The notes: generated by a model from the letters alone, not told the origin. Shown: positions 35,445 through 48,770, numbered from the stretch's first letter. The stretch: DNA of 64,000 nt from Eledone cirrhosa (GCA_964016885.1 OZ024747.1:42098001-42162000); one strand, 5' to 3'. Program-made: numbers and translations.

Positions 35445-35662
35445 AATTTCTGATTTAGGCTGAAGGTGAACAATTTTGGAGGGAGGGGAAAGTCAATTAA
35501 ATCGACTGTAGTGCATAACTGGTGCTTTTTTTGTTGTTGACCCTGTAAGAATGAAAGGCAAACTTAATCTTAGCGAGATTTGAACTCAGAATGTAAAGGG
35601 ACATAACTATGCCACAAAGCATGGTGCCCGATGCTTCATTGATACTGTCAATGTACCTCCCT
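35445..35662 (-). mobile_element. Diverged tRNA-derived SINE (Nin-DC/Deu-like body)
   Basis: gaccc..aagaatgaaaggcaaa..gagatttgaactcagaa. Confidence 0.7.
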
Positions 35663-36204
35663 TGGACATGAACAATAGAGACAATTCTTTAGGATAATCA
35701 ACCTTATGAATCATCCAAAAAGAGGATGGACATCTTAGGGATCGAGATAGTCTGTACAGAATCTATGCACTTCTTGTTGGCTTCTTTAAAGTAGGGTTTT
35801 TCAAACTATGTCTCAACCCATTAGTGGGTGGCGAAATTAATGAAATGGGTCATAACATCAAGAAAAAAAAGTCATAATACAAAAATCTACAAAATGCAGC
35901 AATTGCCGTGCGTCACAGTAAAACATTGATATAGATTATTGTAACATTTGAGTTTCTGGTATTGTAGGTTCTGTGTCTCTTTGCTTTGTGAAATGAAATG
36001 TTTGATGGTGACCTTTATAACTGTAACTGACATTTAAAGAACCAGTTTTTGATGTATCTGGTGTAATTGCTGCAATCATACCTATGCGATGACATAAAAA
36101 GTGCAGCTATTATAGTCAACATTGTCAGTAACAGGATTTTTTTTGTGTGAAATTGTGAATTTCTATTCCTTGACTGATTGTAACACTTCTTTTTCGCCTA
36201 TTTA

Positions 36205-36624
36205 TTCCTGAGAGGATCGTGGAGCCAGAGTCCTGAAACACACCTTCCAGCGGTGCCGGTTATAATGTGAAGGAGAGAGGATGGTCAAATACCGGGGCCT
36301 GACCGACCGCTTTCTCTCGATCTCAACAGTGGCTCCTGCACTACTGATTTTCTCCGTAAAATCGAAAAGATGGCGACCCACTTGAGGAGAGAACCCCGTG
36401 AGGTGGCTGCTGCAGTGGGTGTCTCTGGTGGTAATGACTTTGCCATTTTGTCTGTGGTGCGCAACTGAAACACCGTTCAGACTTTGGTGTAGTGTCAGCC
36501 CCTCCTCCCTTACTTCATTTCTTTTTTCTTTTTATTTCCTTTTCTGTGTTCCCCCTTTAACAGTGTGTTTTGTTTTTGTATAAAAAGCTTTGTAAAATAT
36601 AACTTTTTCTTAAAAAAAAAAAAA
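36205..36624 (+). mobile_element. Decayed LINE-like 3' end with poly(A)
   Basis: GC-richer block with an H.F..C remnant, pyrimidine-rich UTR and terminal A-run. Confidence 0.35.
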
Positions 36625-36957
36625 TAGACGATGAACGTTCCAGTTGTTTGAACAGCCTACTAATGAAATTAACGTGTAAGTGGCTGAACATTCTACACGC
36701 ATATGCCCGCATAACGTATTCTCAAAGATTCAGCAGGACACAATGTGTAAGACAAGGCTGGATCTTTGAATTAAGCTACAGCCTACCTGTCAGGCTTCAA
36801 ACAGTTTCCATCTATAATATTTTATTCACAAGACATGAGACTAACCAAAACTTAATGATTGCGAAGCGAACTTTCTAATCATTCAACCATGCTGCGTCCG
36901 AAGAAGTCGATAAAATAAAATGCTTGAGAAATACTGTGTTCGATTAAATCGAATATA

Positions 36958-37890
36958 TCATCATTATCATCATCATCGTTTAGCATCCATCTTCCACCTA
37001 ACATGGGTTGGACGGTTTTGTCCCATTTGAGGCGAAATTGGTCGGGAGACCGTGTCTCGCTCGTCCACAACTGTTTCTGGCAGGTATCTATGGCTGGATG
37101 CCCTTCCTAACACGACCACATTTACAGTGTGGACTGGGAGTCTTTTTACCGTGTCTCCTATATAACCATTTTACAGTGTGGACTGAGTGCTTTTTGTCGT
37201 GTCACCTACATGACCACCCTACAGTGGACGGAAATGGGAGGGTGGAGTAGGGTGTGTGGGGTGGGGTGTATATTGGGTTAAGAGGTGTCTACTGACTGTA
37301 GGTTTATATGCAAGGGAAGGCGGGTCTTCTGTACAATTGCATGGTGCCAAAGATCTCGATCCAGTGACATTGTCTTAGAGAGGTGTAAGTGAGCAAGGTC
37401 AGTGTTTATCACCTCGTCCCGGGTTTTTCTTGGTCTACCCACTCCATAGCTTCTATAGATTTTGATCGCTCTGCACTTTTTTTTATACAGCTGTTGTCCT
37501 TCATACACATCACATGGCCATACCAACGTAATCTCCTCTCCAGAACACAACATTTGATACCACTTATGCTTCGTCTCTCCCTCAATTCTTTTATGCTTCG
37601 CTATTCGCGCACATTACTATTACACATCCATCGGAGCATGCAAGCTTCGTTTTTTCTAATCTACACAAGTCTTCAGCACACAACGCCCAGGTCTCACTAC
37701 CATGTAATATTGCCGTTCGTATACAAGCGTCATACAGTCTGCCTTTCATTTTTAGAGAAAAACCTTTTGTGGCCAACAGCGGTATTAGCTCTCTGAACTT
37801 TTCCCATCCCGTTCTAACTCTGGATGCTGTACTTTCAGAACACCCTCCTACACTGTTGATTTTATCACCCAGGTAACAGAAAGTATCTAC
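36958..37890 (-). mobile_element. Older RTE 3' fragment
   Basis: [24 protein letters not shown]; ggatgcccttcctaac UTR motif; (cat)n. Confidence 0.85.
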
Positions 37891-38711
37891 TATATCTATA
37901 AAGTTGTATTCCTGTCTGTTTGTTTGTTCACGAACTCCTCCTATGGTTTTGGAGCTAGACCCCCCCCCCCCCCATAACCATATATATTCTGAAACTACAT
38001 TGCCCAGGGTACTTGGATACGTATATTTAATTTTAATCAAAGGGTTCCCCGGGGGCGCAAAACCCCGCTGGAAATGTTTTCCCTTCGATTTATATGAAAT
38101 TTAAACCATAGGTAAATGACAAGATATGATGCCTATTCACAAAATTTCAGCAAATTTCAATGATATTAAGACACTCTAATGGGGGTTAAACCCCCTATTA
38201 GGGCTCCCCGCGAAACGTGCGTAACAGGTCGATACACAATAAATATTTTCGATATGTAAACGAAACTTCCTCGTTTTTTCTATTATATATAATCTGCCTG
38301 TGCATAGAGTGCTTGATTTGCTCTCTTTCTCTCTCTCTCTCTGTGAACAATAGTGTCGTTGGTTGCAGGATTCTGATGGATCAATTAATGTTTCACTGTA
38401 TTTCTGATGGCCAGAGTGTCATTGGTTTTTAGTCTCTACTTGATGTGTATATACTTCGTCAATATATATCAGACACTCATACTCACAATATATATATTTA
38501 TCTATATGCATGTAAAAGGTAAACAGAAACATTAAAGCAAACGACAGTACATGGAAGAAATATATTAGTTTAACGCTTAAAATAGCAGGAAGAGTCTTAA
38601 CATTTCAGACACTAGTCCATCAGAAGATAGAGTTAAAAATAGAAGATAAATAAAAAAGGAGTGGGAAGAGGAAGGAGCTAGAAAAAAAAAAACCTACGTA
38701 TTCAGTCAGCC

Positions 38712-38968
38712 ACGTGTTTTTCCTAATATAAGACAGGTCTTATATTAGGAACATTTTAAATAGCCGGGCCATAATTCATTAAAATAAAGGTTATATATTA
38801 TAGAGCTAAACACAATATCATTAAAAGACTCTGAAAATCTGCGTTTTATATTTGTTCTCGCAAAAATGCACCAGGACTTATTTTCGGAGTAGGGCTTACA
38901 TTGGACAGCAACATAAAAATCATACTAGGGTTGATTTTTTTTATTAAGTCATAATAGGGAAAACGCGA
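38712..38968. mobile_element. Tigger/pogo-like MITE remnant
   Basis: cgtgtttttcctaatataagac...ataatagggaaaacgcg imperfect TIRs; internal cttattttcgg/agggctta. Confidence 0.5.
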
Positions 38969-39524
38969 CACACACACACACACACACACTGAAGCTACGA
39001 CAAAAGACACTTGCCTTAAGTACTGCGCAATCAGATTAAACCTGGTACCACAAGAGTGTGGAGTGAGCTTCTTAACCGAACGTTCGTGGCCTTGAGTTCA
39101 TGTCAAAAATGCTTAATTGTATTTGGGTCGATTGTCTGACCATTCTTAGAACTAGGTTTATTCAGATTTTAGAGGGCTTTTAGTATGTCAGTATTACTCC
39201 AATATTATAAACTATGAGGTTATCACTAAGAGAACTATCTTGCTCTATTTGATCTGGTCATTTGAGTTCTGAGTTCAAATACTGCCATCTAGTTTAACAT
39301 CACCTCCAGGCTGTTGGGTGTCTTTTAGCAGAGCATATGCCCTTTCGCATATATTCAGGCTAAATCTCCAGCTTGAATATATCTCCTTTCTTCTCTTCCA
39401 CAGCCCCGGTGGCCCCTGACTGACTAAACAGTCATTCTCAGTATTTAAAACCACCCTCCCATTGTCGGTTGCTGTATAATGGCAGAAATTTAAACTAAAA
39501 TTAATGAACAATTAATGAATTGTG

Positions 39525-39640
39525 AAGGCGCATGGCTGAGTATTTAGAGAACTGGATTCGCAATCGTGAGGTAAGTTAGATTCCCGGATCGGTCGATGCA
39601 TTATATCCTTGAGCAAGACACTATATTTCACATTGCTCCT
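39525..39640 (+). mobile_element. tRNA-head CORE-type SINE fragment
   Basis: ggcgcatggctgagta...tccttgagcaagacactatatttcac. Confidence 0.65.
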
Positions 39641-40369
39641 TCTACCTGGAGTTGTGACCGGTAGATAGTATTAGCAATTGGAAAGACCAATGGAAACATT
39701 GTTTCTTCGGTCCGTTTTGACGAGCTTTACCCAAATCGTTAAGCGAGGTCTGGAATCTTGTTGACCGACTGTTTTATTTTAATGAACAAATCAAAGAGGG
39801 GGTGGGGGAATTTACTTTCAAAAAGTTAATACCGGGTAAACGAGATGAAAAGTTTAGGATTTCCTACCGTAATTGTATCAGATTCCCCTGCCAAGTTCAG
39901 CACTCAACTAACTTCTTGCCACCTGTCCATCGGGACCCATCATACGACTCACAACAGAAATGATACATACATCAGTCAAAATAAATATATCAATCATAGT
40001 TCTCTCACAGAATTTGAAGATGTTTTTGCAAATGGGAGATGTCGATCGTTTCAATAGTTCAATAAATGTACATTTAGATATTTATTTAAAGAGCTAGATG
40101 AAGCGATCAAGTTGAAACTCCGAAGTCACTGCCACGTTTATACTTAGAAAATAAACGTCTACAGCAGTATCGAGTGTTCAATCAGTTAATGTTTTATTTG
40201 TTGTAACATCGTGGCCAGAATGGAATGACGAAAAATAGTGCTCTTGTTAAGGGATTTGTGTGACTAAAAAGCTACAAGATTTCTCCTGGTTGCCACTCCT
40301 TAATTCAATATGTATGTTTTTAAGGGTTTGGTCTGAGGAAAGATGCCGAGCTCATGATGTTCGCAGGTC

Positions 40370-40700
40370 TTTTTTTTTTTTTTTTTTTTTTTTAAAGGGA
40401 AATCGACGCGGTTAATGTTCTTTTTGAATAGCTGTAAGTTGACGGTGACAGATAAAAAAAGAAAAAAATGACTTGAGAGGGAATTCCAGTGAGCTGACAT
40501 CGGAAAAAGGAACTACAAGGTAGTGCGAATCTGGCAGTGTGAGGTGGACAGTGTAGATGACGAAAGAGACGAATGAGTCAAATGAGATCAGACAGTTTCG
40601 AGAAGTGGGAGACCATTGTAGAAGAGTTGGAAAAGGCAAAATCAGGAGAATGTTGGCGAGTAATTTCACGATAACCAGTCGAGTGGTCATCGCTTAGATG
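40370..40700 (-). mobile_element. Decayed CR1/L2-group LINE 3' end with poly(A)
   Basis: HWNSLS...NLQLFKKNINR followed by an A-run. Confidence 0.55.
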
Positions 40701-40889
40701 TGGTCCGAAATATCTAGTAGTAGTAACAACATCATAGTTCTGTGAGTCGGTTTCCATTGTGACTCATTCAAGCTTTGCACAAAGTTAATTATTGGAGTTG
40801 AAATAATTTCTGGCTTTGAAGATATATTTGTGATATATTTTTTTACATTCCGGAAGAAAATCTGCAATTAAGGTTTATATATAATTAAT

Positions 40890-41065
40890 TGTTTCTACTT
40901 TTGGCACAAGGCCAGCAATTATTCCAGTGTATTACTGGTACTTTATTTTATCGACCCCGTAAGGATGAAAGGCAAAGTTAACCTCGGCGGGATTTGAACT
41001 CAGAATGGAAAGGGCCGTAACTCTGTGTCAAAGCATGGCGCCCGACCCTCTACCGATACTGCCAA
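40890..41065 (-). mobile_element. tRNA-derived SINE (Nin-DC/Deu-like) with 11-bp TSD atataattaat
   Basis: A/B boxes, cctttcatccttacggggtcgataaaat body; TSD at 40879-40889 and 41066-41076. Confidence 0.88.
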
Positions 41066-41790
41066 ATATAATTAATAGCTACCATTAAGGTTTAGATATT
41101 GATAGCTTCATTAAAGTGTAGATATCATTAACAGTTGGAATTAAGGCTTAGATATAATTAATAAAAGTTGTCATTAGAATTGTGAACTGAAGGTTCGTTT
41201 ACGAAATATTATTTGATTCTGTGCCTCGAATTTTTTTGAGATGATTTTAATTTATTTGTTTTGTGGGTGGAGGCAGGGAAGCTGGCATTACCGGTGATCT
41301 GTGATGTTTAGCCACGTGCCAGCCCCGATTGAGTACACCAACGTATCAACGGATTAAAATAGTGAAACACCCTCCTTGTTTTCTGGTATATTGGCATGGG
41401 CTATATTATTCAATATGTATTTTCTTTTAAGTCGGTTAAGAGGAATTTGGCTATTATTTCTAGTAGATCAAGCGACCATGTAGAAACATTCATCATTCGC
41501 TCACCGATGGTGTTTTTCAATATAGTTGAAGTTGGAAAGATTTAGTGTAGTAACTGTCAAATCAGCTTTCATCGCATTAATGATCACACACATGGTACAC
41601 GACTTTAGATTTTTCAATCTGGAGACAAATTAAAACAATTCCTTTGACTAGGAACCACAGACAAGGTGATGTGCGAACTCACGAGAACAAATCTTAATGC
41701 TCCAGAGTATTTAATCTGCTATTTTTTTTCTATTCCGTACAAATTTAAATAAGGATTGTCTGTCAGACGGATATTTAAAACGAAGAAACG

Positions 41791-41830
41791 TGACGTCATG
41801 AATATTCAGCTGTATGGCATGTTTTGATTG
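41791..41830 (+). promoter_or_regulatory. Candidate promoter elements: CRE palindrome (TGACGTCA) and inverted CCAAT box
   Basis: TGACGTCA at 41791-41798 and ATTGG at 41826-41830, 140-180 bp upstream of the PABP ATG. Confidence 0.4.
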
Positions 41831-41968
41831 GTCGTAGTTTCTTTTTTAAATGTGTTCTTACTGACTCGGTTAGTAGTTATATTGGAAGAACAACCCCTCA
41901 TCAGATTAACTATATATACGGGAATTATTTTCGTCAAGTGGTCAATTGCTTGCAACAAAAATCCAAGA

Positions 41969-43831
41969 ATGACTGAATTAAATGTACTTAAAGTGTCACT
42001 TTATGTTGGTGACTTGCATCCAGAAGTTAATGAAACTCAACTTTACAACATGTTTCTAAAAATCGGCCCAGTCGATTCTATTCGTGTCTGTCGAAACGTG
42101 ATAACCAAAAAGTCTCTCGGGTATGCTTATGTCAACTTTCAAAATTATATGGACGCAGAAAAAGCATTGGATACGCTGAACTTCGAAACGATACTTGGTC
42201 GACCAATGCGTTTAATGTGGTCACAAAGAGACCCATCCCTTCGTAAATCTGGTAAAGGTAACATTTTTATTAAAAATCTTGACCCTAGTATCGACAACAA
42301 ATCTCTACTTGACACTTTTTCTGCATTTGGTTGTATTCTCTCTTGCAAAATTGTTTCTGATGAGGGCGGTTCAAAAGGTTATGGATTTGTTCATTTTGAA
42401 GCGGAAAAATCAGCAGAAGAAGCTATTAAAAACGTCAATGGAATGCTACTCAATGGGAAGAGAGTTTTTGTAGCAAAATTTATTCCCAAGAATGACCGTT
42501 TCAAAGAAAAATACAAATTTAGTAATATTTATATAAAAAATTTCGGATCCAGCTTGGACGATGAAGGCTTGAAAAATGTATTCTTAAAATACGGTGTTAT
42601 CATTAGCGCTAAAGTAATGAGAGATGAACATGGTCAACCTAAAGGCTTTGGATTCGTTAGTTTCGAAAAAGCTGAGGATGCGGAAAGAGCGGTCAGAGAC
42701 CTGGATTGTTTTGAATTAAATGGGAGAAAATTGTTCATCGACTACGCTCAAAAATTTGAAGAGCGCAAAAGCCTGCTGAAAGAAAAATTTAATGCCCAAG
42801 AAACAGAAGAAATGCCTCAATATCCTGGATTTAACCTGTATGTGAAAAATCTTGATGAAGAGTTTGACGATAAACGATTGTATCAAGAATTTAGCAGATT
42901 TGGCGAAATTAACAGTGCACGTGTCATGACTCATAATGGTCGATCAAAGGGTTTTGGTTTTGTTTGCTTTGACCAGCGAGAAGCTGCAGATAACGCTGTC
43001 AGAGAAATGAATTGTCGTATTGTTATACAGAAACCATTGTTTGTTTCTTTTGCTCAAAATAAAGACGAACGTATAAAAAACAATTTACAGAATACGATTC
43101 CTGAAACTCGTTCGGTAATGCCACCTGTTACGGCAAGCTATTATCTATCAACACTTCCAAGTCGTACCTCTTACCCACCTCCAATGCATATCGGCAGTGT
43201 GTCGCGTTGGCAGTCACCAATGGTACATCAAATTCCAAACCAAATAAATTACTCTAGGATACAAGCGAACCAAATGAAATTAAGGGCTAGTCAGTCGACA
43301 GGCTACAGACAAAATGTTCCGCTGTCATTGAACGGGGGTCCAAATTTTATGAACGCTCGACCAATATTCGACAAAAGCACTCATTCTCGCAACATGGAGG
43401 GAGTAGCTATGCCACGCCACTTGCATAACCCATCTTTACTGCACCATACAGTAAATCCAGTTACCCAACAGCAATTCAAGGTCCCCACACAGTTAAACAA
43501 TTTGCTTCAAGTACCAAATATACAACAAACAAAACCGGATTTTACTGAAAATTCTCTGTGTAACCTTTCTGACGTCTCCCCTCAAGAACAGAAGCATCAG
43601 CTCGGAGAGAAATTGTTTCTTGAGGTAATGAAAGTTAACTCTAAGTTGCCCCGTAAAATTACTGGTATGCTTCTTGAACTAGAGTCTTCTGATATTATTC
43701 ATTTAATTGATACTCCCAGTGTGTTGGAAGAAAAGGTTCATGAAGCTGAAATGGTTTTGCAACAAAATCCGCGTGAGAAATCGTTTATTTTGGACAACAA
43801 TACTTCATACGCAACTACTGTAGGCTACTGA
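41969..43831 (+). CDS. PABPC: Cytoplasmic polyadenylate-binding protein paralog (4 RRM + MLLE), intronless, 620 aa
   Basis: SLYVGDLHP, SLGYAYVNF, MWSQRDPSLRKSGKGNIFIKNL, SKGYGFVHF, NIYIKNFG, KGFGFVSF, NLYVKNL, SKGFGFVCF, QKHQLGEKL, KITGMLLE; AATAAA at 44105 and 44155. Confidence 0.95.
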   Translation: MTELNVLKVSLYVGDLHPEVNETQLYNMFLKIGPVDSIRVCRNVITKKSLGYAYVNFQNYMDAEKALDTLNFETILGRPMRLMWSQRDPSLRKSGKGNIFIKNLDPSIDNKSLLDTFSAFGCILSCKIVSDEGGSKGYGFVHFEAEKSAEEAIKNVNGMLLNGKRVFVAKFIPKNDRFKEKYKFSNIYIKNFGSSLDDEGLKNVFLKYGVIISAKVMRDEHGQPKGFGFVSFEKAEDAERAVRDLDCFELNGRKLFIDYAQKFEERKSLLKEKFNAQETEEMPQYPGFNLYVKNLDEEFDDKRLYQEFSRFGEINSARVMTHNGRSKGFGFVCFDQREAADNAVREMNCRIVIQKPLFVSFAQNKDERIKNNLQNTIPETRSVMPPVTASYYLSTLPSRTSYPPPMHIGSVSRWQSPMVHQIPNQINYSRIQANQMKLRASQSTGYRQNVPLSLNGGPNFMNARPIFDKSTHSRNMEGVAMPRHLHNPSLLHHTVNPVTQQQFKVPTQLNNLLQVPNIQQTKPDFTENSLCNLSDVSPQEQKHQLGEKLFLEVMKVNSKLPRKITGMLLELESSDIIHLIDTPSVLEEKVHEAEMVLQQNPREKSFILDNNTSYATTVGY

Positions 43832-44005
43832 CATTTGTTAAACATACAGAAATTTCATTGTTTCTTAGACAACTGAACTTTCCAGAAATTCATGCTCGGA
43901 AGCAAAACCAATTACAAAACAACAAATGTAGTTACTCAGTGGAAATATAATTTATGAATTTTCTTTGTTACAGAAATTGGCTAAATGATTGAAAAAAAAA
44001 AAATG

Positions 44006-44042
<37 letters not shown>

Positions 44043-44388
44043 TTGCCATTAAATGTATTATTCCTTCGTGATAAGTCAGTTTAGTGAACTAATTTTTAGT
44101 GACCAATAAAAGTTAAAAACTATTTTAAATACTGTATCTGTATACTCTTGTTGAATAAAATAAAAGATATGTATATTTGTAAATATATATTATAGGATAA
44201 ATTTTTTTTGATGTTCGATTGCTACTGGAAAGTTTTAATTTGGTAAAATTGTTTTTAAACATGTTAGATATTTCCATCAGTTCCCCCCCCCCCCTTGCTT
44301 GGCTTTATTTTTTTAATTATGATTGCTCGTTAAAAATCTTTTTATTGTTCTCTATAAAATCTAGCGTTAGTAAATTGACTCCGTTTAG

Positions 44389-44425
<37 letters not shown>

Positions 44426-45379
44426 CCCACTTCCGTCGTTGTGCTTCACTCTTAAATACTGAAACCCCATTCTATTTCTAACGCAAGTTGCATATCTATT
44501 ACGAGTGTAACATTATATTTCTATATTGTCGATCAACTATTGCATTACTTAATGACGCTATCCTTCACCCTGGAATTAAATTAGTTTCAGTAACTTGCTT
44601 CAAATTTCGATGAAATATACTATTTGTAGGAAGTTTAAACTAAAAGCAATGTTGCTTCATAACTGTCCTCTTTTTTTTTTTTTACCAGTTAAGTACTGGG
44701 GAGTTTGTATAATCGACATTCCCTTTTCTCCAAATTGCTGGCCTTGTCAATGCTAGAATTACATTTGGCGGGTATATTTTCATATCCTTTTGTCAAGAAT
44801 CCTGTTCGAACCTTTCTCCGACATGTGATCACAACATTATTTATCAGACATTTTATGTCCGGCTTCTACACAAGTAATTAATCAGTTTCGACTGATTGAG
44901 TGGTTCGATTAACTGAACTTCCTGCTCTTTGAATTGTGACTGAATATTCTGGACATGTGTCCTTAAGCTAATCCTTGGGCAAAGTCTGTGACAACGTTGA
45001 ACCCTTTAGCATTACTGGTGCAATCTATTCGATCGTCTGCACAGTTCTCGTCTAATGAATTTCACGCTTTAAGAAAAAAAAAAAAAAGAAAAAAGCAAGC
45101 TGTGGTTAAAGATAACACGCAGTGGGATAGAACACGAGACCTCAGGATTGCGAACTGAACTTCGTAACTTGTCATTTTTCGTCCATATGAGACATATTTT
45201 TCTACGGTTCTGTTTATTTGTGGTTAAAAACCTGAGAAATAACGGATGGTGAGTGATGTGGAGAATATGCATGCTTAGACCCGTAACTCCTAGTGTAGTT
45301 TTCGGCATTTCTTTTCAAACTTGGCGGGACCCATCCCATCTCTAGGTATGAATCAGGGAAGTGAGGAGATATTATGAGG

Positions 45380-45545
45380 AAGAATCAACCCCAGTACTGG
45401 ATTGGTGTATTTTTTTTTTTTTTATCGACCTCGAAAGATTCAAAAGCAAAGTTGACCTAGGTGGGATTTGAACCTACGGCGCAGAGAGCCGGAACGAATA
45501 CTGCGAAACATTCTATCGGGCTTTCTAACGGCTCTGCCAATTTGC
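45380..45545 (-). mobile_element. Diverged SINE (Nin-DC/Deu-like)
   Basis: tatcgacctcgaaagattcaaaagcaaagttgacc..ggatttgaacc. Confidence 0.7.
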
Positions 45546-45549
45546 CACT

Positions 45550-46800
45550 CACGTGGGATATATCAACGGGATTCCAAAAAGAGCTCGGACGTTTCACCCG
45601 TGCTCTCTTCAAGCTGCTGAAGAACGTCTGCCTATCCAACATCTCGGATTGGCAGAAACTATTCTTGTTCTCTCTAGTATCTCTCAAAATGTCCGACGCG
45701 AATTCCGGATTCCCTAAACGACAGTTCGAGCTCATCTCAAGTCGGGAATCAACTCAGTTTCGATTAATGGACGATCACCGAACTTAAAGAAGGCCGTCAA
45801 CGCCAAATTCAACAAAATTGACATTAAAGGGTCTGATCGCCTCCTGTCCTCCCTCGCCTAGTGCACAACTGATTCACTCAATCGGCTGAGGGAGATACAC
45901 CCCACGCCACCTCCGGATGACCACTTGCACTGGCCCGATCCACCAAGTTATTTACAACCTGTCTTCACTTCAGATAACCTCACCCAGTTAATTAACTTTT
46001 CCGAGTGTGTTCTCCCTTATATTCGCCCCTTGTTCTTTGGGGCTAGACTTTTTGACCTCCCAATGGTGTCCTCCGCCTCATAGCAGTTACGTACACACTG
46101 CGATGGCTCACTGCCAAAATATATCTGTCCTCAATTTCAGACTGCCTGTCTTCCAAAGAAGGTAATTGCAACCGCGAAGACGATGATTGAGGAACTGTGC
46201 TTCACGTCAACAGTTCCAAATGCGAGTTCTGGCCCCTCAACCACCCAGCTTCACGCCAGTAGACTGTTGACCTGTTTACAGAGAGGCCTTCTCCTCTATC
46301 GCAGTTCCTCCCTTATCAGTGCTGCTCCCCCGGAGTCCATCTTTCGATCTAAGTTGGTTAACCATGAACAACTTTTAAAAAACCCGGAGGCTATCGAGCC
46401 TCACCAATGTTTTTTTTTTTTATACTTAGGAATTACCTGGAACTATCGAACAATATTTTTTCCAGCCTTTGGCGTTTGGTGGAGTATAGCAACTGACAGC
46501 GAAATTCTTGTCATTGTTGGCGGCTCACCTTACCGAGGTGCCAGGTGATGCCCGCGAGGAAGCCCACTTGTTTCAGCGCCTTAGCCTCGCCTTTACCCGC
46601 GGTAATGTTGCGAACATGCTGGTTTGCCTCAAAAATTTCCGTTCACTCTTGTGATATGCGGCCGATTGTCGCACTTGGTGGTGAATTGATGGTCGTTTTT
46701 GTTTTTGTTTCCATTTTTTTTCCTTCTATTTCTCGCTTTGATCATATATTTTGGTGCGTTGTAAGGTTCATAACAATAATAAATTCTATTCATTAAATGA
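45550..46800 (+). mobile_element. Heavily decayed, internally deleted CRE-clade (RLE) non-LTR element
   Basis: Frame remnants KGSDRLLSS..LNRLREIHP, IRPLFFGARL..LRLIAV.YTLR, GDAREEAHLFQRLSLAFTRGN; AATAAA near 46778. Confidence 0.7.
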
Positions 46801-46961
46801 GCTTATATTTTCATTCTGAAAGAATTGTGAACAATTTGTAATGTTATTTATACAACTGTGACTTATAATTAAACTTGTTTCTTGCCTATTTTTCTTTGTC
46901 CTTCAATTCTTTAGGAAGGAAAATGATTATTAAATCCGGCCAGCATTTTATGAAATACGCA

Positions 46962-47150
46962 AGCGGATTGGCAGTATCGGTAGAGGGTCAGACTTCATGC
47001 TTTGACGCATAGAGTTATGGCCCTTGCCATTCTGAGTTCAAATCCCGCCGATGTTAACTTTGCCTTTCATCCTTACGGGGTCGATAAAATAAAGTATCAG
47101 TAATGCACTGGATAATTGTGGCCTTGTGCCAAAAGTAGATACAATTATTA
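46962..47150 (+). mobile_element. tRNA-derived SINE (Nin-DC/Deu-like)
   Basis: tggcagtatcggt A-box, gagttcaaatcccg B-box, body and gccttgtgccaaaagtag tail. Confidence 0.88.
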
Positions 47151-47760
47151 ATCAATCTCTGCAGTCCCAAGAGAAATTGTCTCCAGTTTTTTCTGAAAAG
47201 ATCTCGGGTTTAACTTAACCCATTGCCCTCAACTCATTTACATTTATTAGCGGTGATGATCTGAAACTGCACTAACTGCGTAGTTTCTCACAGTAGGCAA
47301 CTGAAAATATCATTTCGTTTAACCTAAATGCCAGTATATTTACCAAAGTTATTTTCTGTTTACACTGTCTTTATTTGTGTAATGTACTGGTTGAGATGGA
47401 AGCATAATGCGGCGTGTTATTTTAAGTACCCCGCCTCACATTTTGTCCTTTTTTTTCTTTCTTTTTCAAGAACTTTGAAATGTTAGCTTTCGAAATCAAC
47501 CGAACGCCTGTTTTATAGCTATTTAAAAATTCTCATATGATTCAATTTCTAACTCTTGAAACGTGACAGTTTTCAATTTTTATAAGTTCCGGTATTAAGT
47601 ATAATAAAACTTTAGAACTAACGTTAAAAAAAAAATACAAAAAAAAAAACAGAACAGAAACAAACAAACGAATATTGGTATGGTATTTAATTATAATTTA
47701 AAAAGTAAAAAAAAATTTGCAGAAATTTAATATTCGAGGGAAAGTTTTAAAACTTCTTCT

Positions 47761-48270
47761 TTATTGAGAGGGTCGTGGGGGGAAGAGTCCCCAAACACTC
47801 CTTCCAGCAGTTCCTGTCAAAAGCAACCGTCTCCAACTGATCCGGCTGGGTCCCCAAGCGTGACCAACCAAGCTCATGGATGTTATCCATCTTGCTCGGG
47901 GTTTACCCCTAGGTCTCCCATAAAATCTGTCCAGTGATTCTTTCCTGAGACATTCTAACCACATACCCATAGTATCAGAGTTGTGATCTCTCAATTTGGA
48001 GAATTAGCGGCTCTACCTGGAGTAACTCTTTGATCTCCGAGCTACGCACTTTATCGAGTAACGTTACTCCAAAGACCCATTTCGGAATCCCATTTCGGCC
48101 ACTTGTATTCACGATCATATTCTTTTGGTCATTACCCAAGATTCATGACCATAGGTAAGGGTTGGTTCTTCCGTTCTCATGTGCGCCTCGTGTACATCGG
48201 AAAATGGTGTTGTGATCGGGCTTAGGAGATCAGCATAGTATTCCCCCCACCTCGCGAGGATGCACCTTTC
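47761..48270 (-). mobile_element. Decayed RTE/Expander-like LINE 3' fragment
   Basis: RPRGKPRARW...LFPPRP; PTLTYGHESWV-like stretch at 48130-48165. Confidence 0.65.
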
Positions 48271-48646
48271 TTAATTTTTTTTTTAACTTCTCAACGTGAA
48301 TTTTATTTTCAAAAGATAAATAAATATGAGAAAGAAAGATAGAGCGACACATTTTGATGTTGACAAAATCAATTCTTAGACCAGGCTTGTCAACGAAAAT
48401 ATAATCTATGTAGGTTTTAATATTTTCAGCTTTCCTTTTTGGAATTCATCCTTTTTCACAAAAAAAAAAAAAAAAAAAAAAAATTACAAAGAAACAAAAG
48501 AACGGGACATTTTTGGAGTAATTAGAAAACCGAAAGGGATACCAGGACGTGAGATGTCAACATGAATGGACCTGTTATTTTTATCTAAAGACATTTTTCC
48601 AATTCCATCCCGCCCGCCCCCTCAATCTTTCTTATTTCTCATTCTT

Positions 48647-48770
48647 TCTTCTGATGAAGGTCTAGCGTTCGAAACATTAAGACCCTCTTCCTGCTATATT
48701 AAACGTTAACCTAATATATCCCTTCCATATACTGTACCGATTGTGTTGTTATTTCTATTTACCTTTTACA
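48647..48770 (+). mobile_element. PLE pseudo-LTR-derived short repeat with decayed hammerhead (48647-48682); related minus-strand copy at ~38515-38625
   Basis: tctt CTGATGA agg..ttc GAAA ca TT aaga ccctcttcctgctat vs atagcaggaagagtcttaacatttc. Confidence 0.5.

Noticed and set aside
41828-41968. 47-aa N-terminal extension of PABP in the ORF track
   Set aside because: Starts at TTG; homology begins just after the ATG at 41969.
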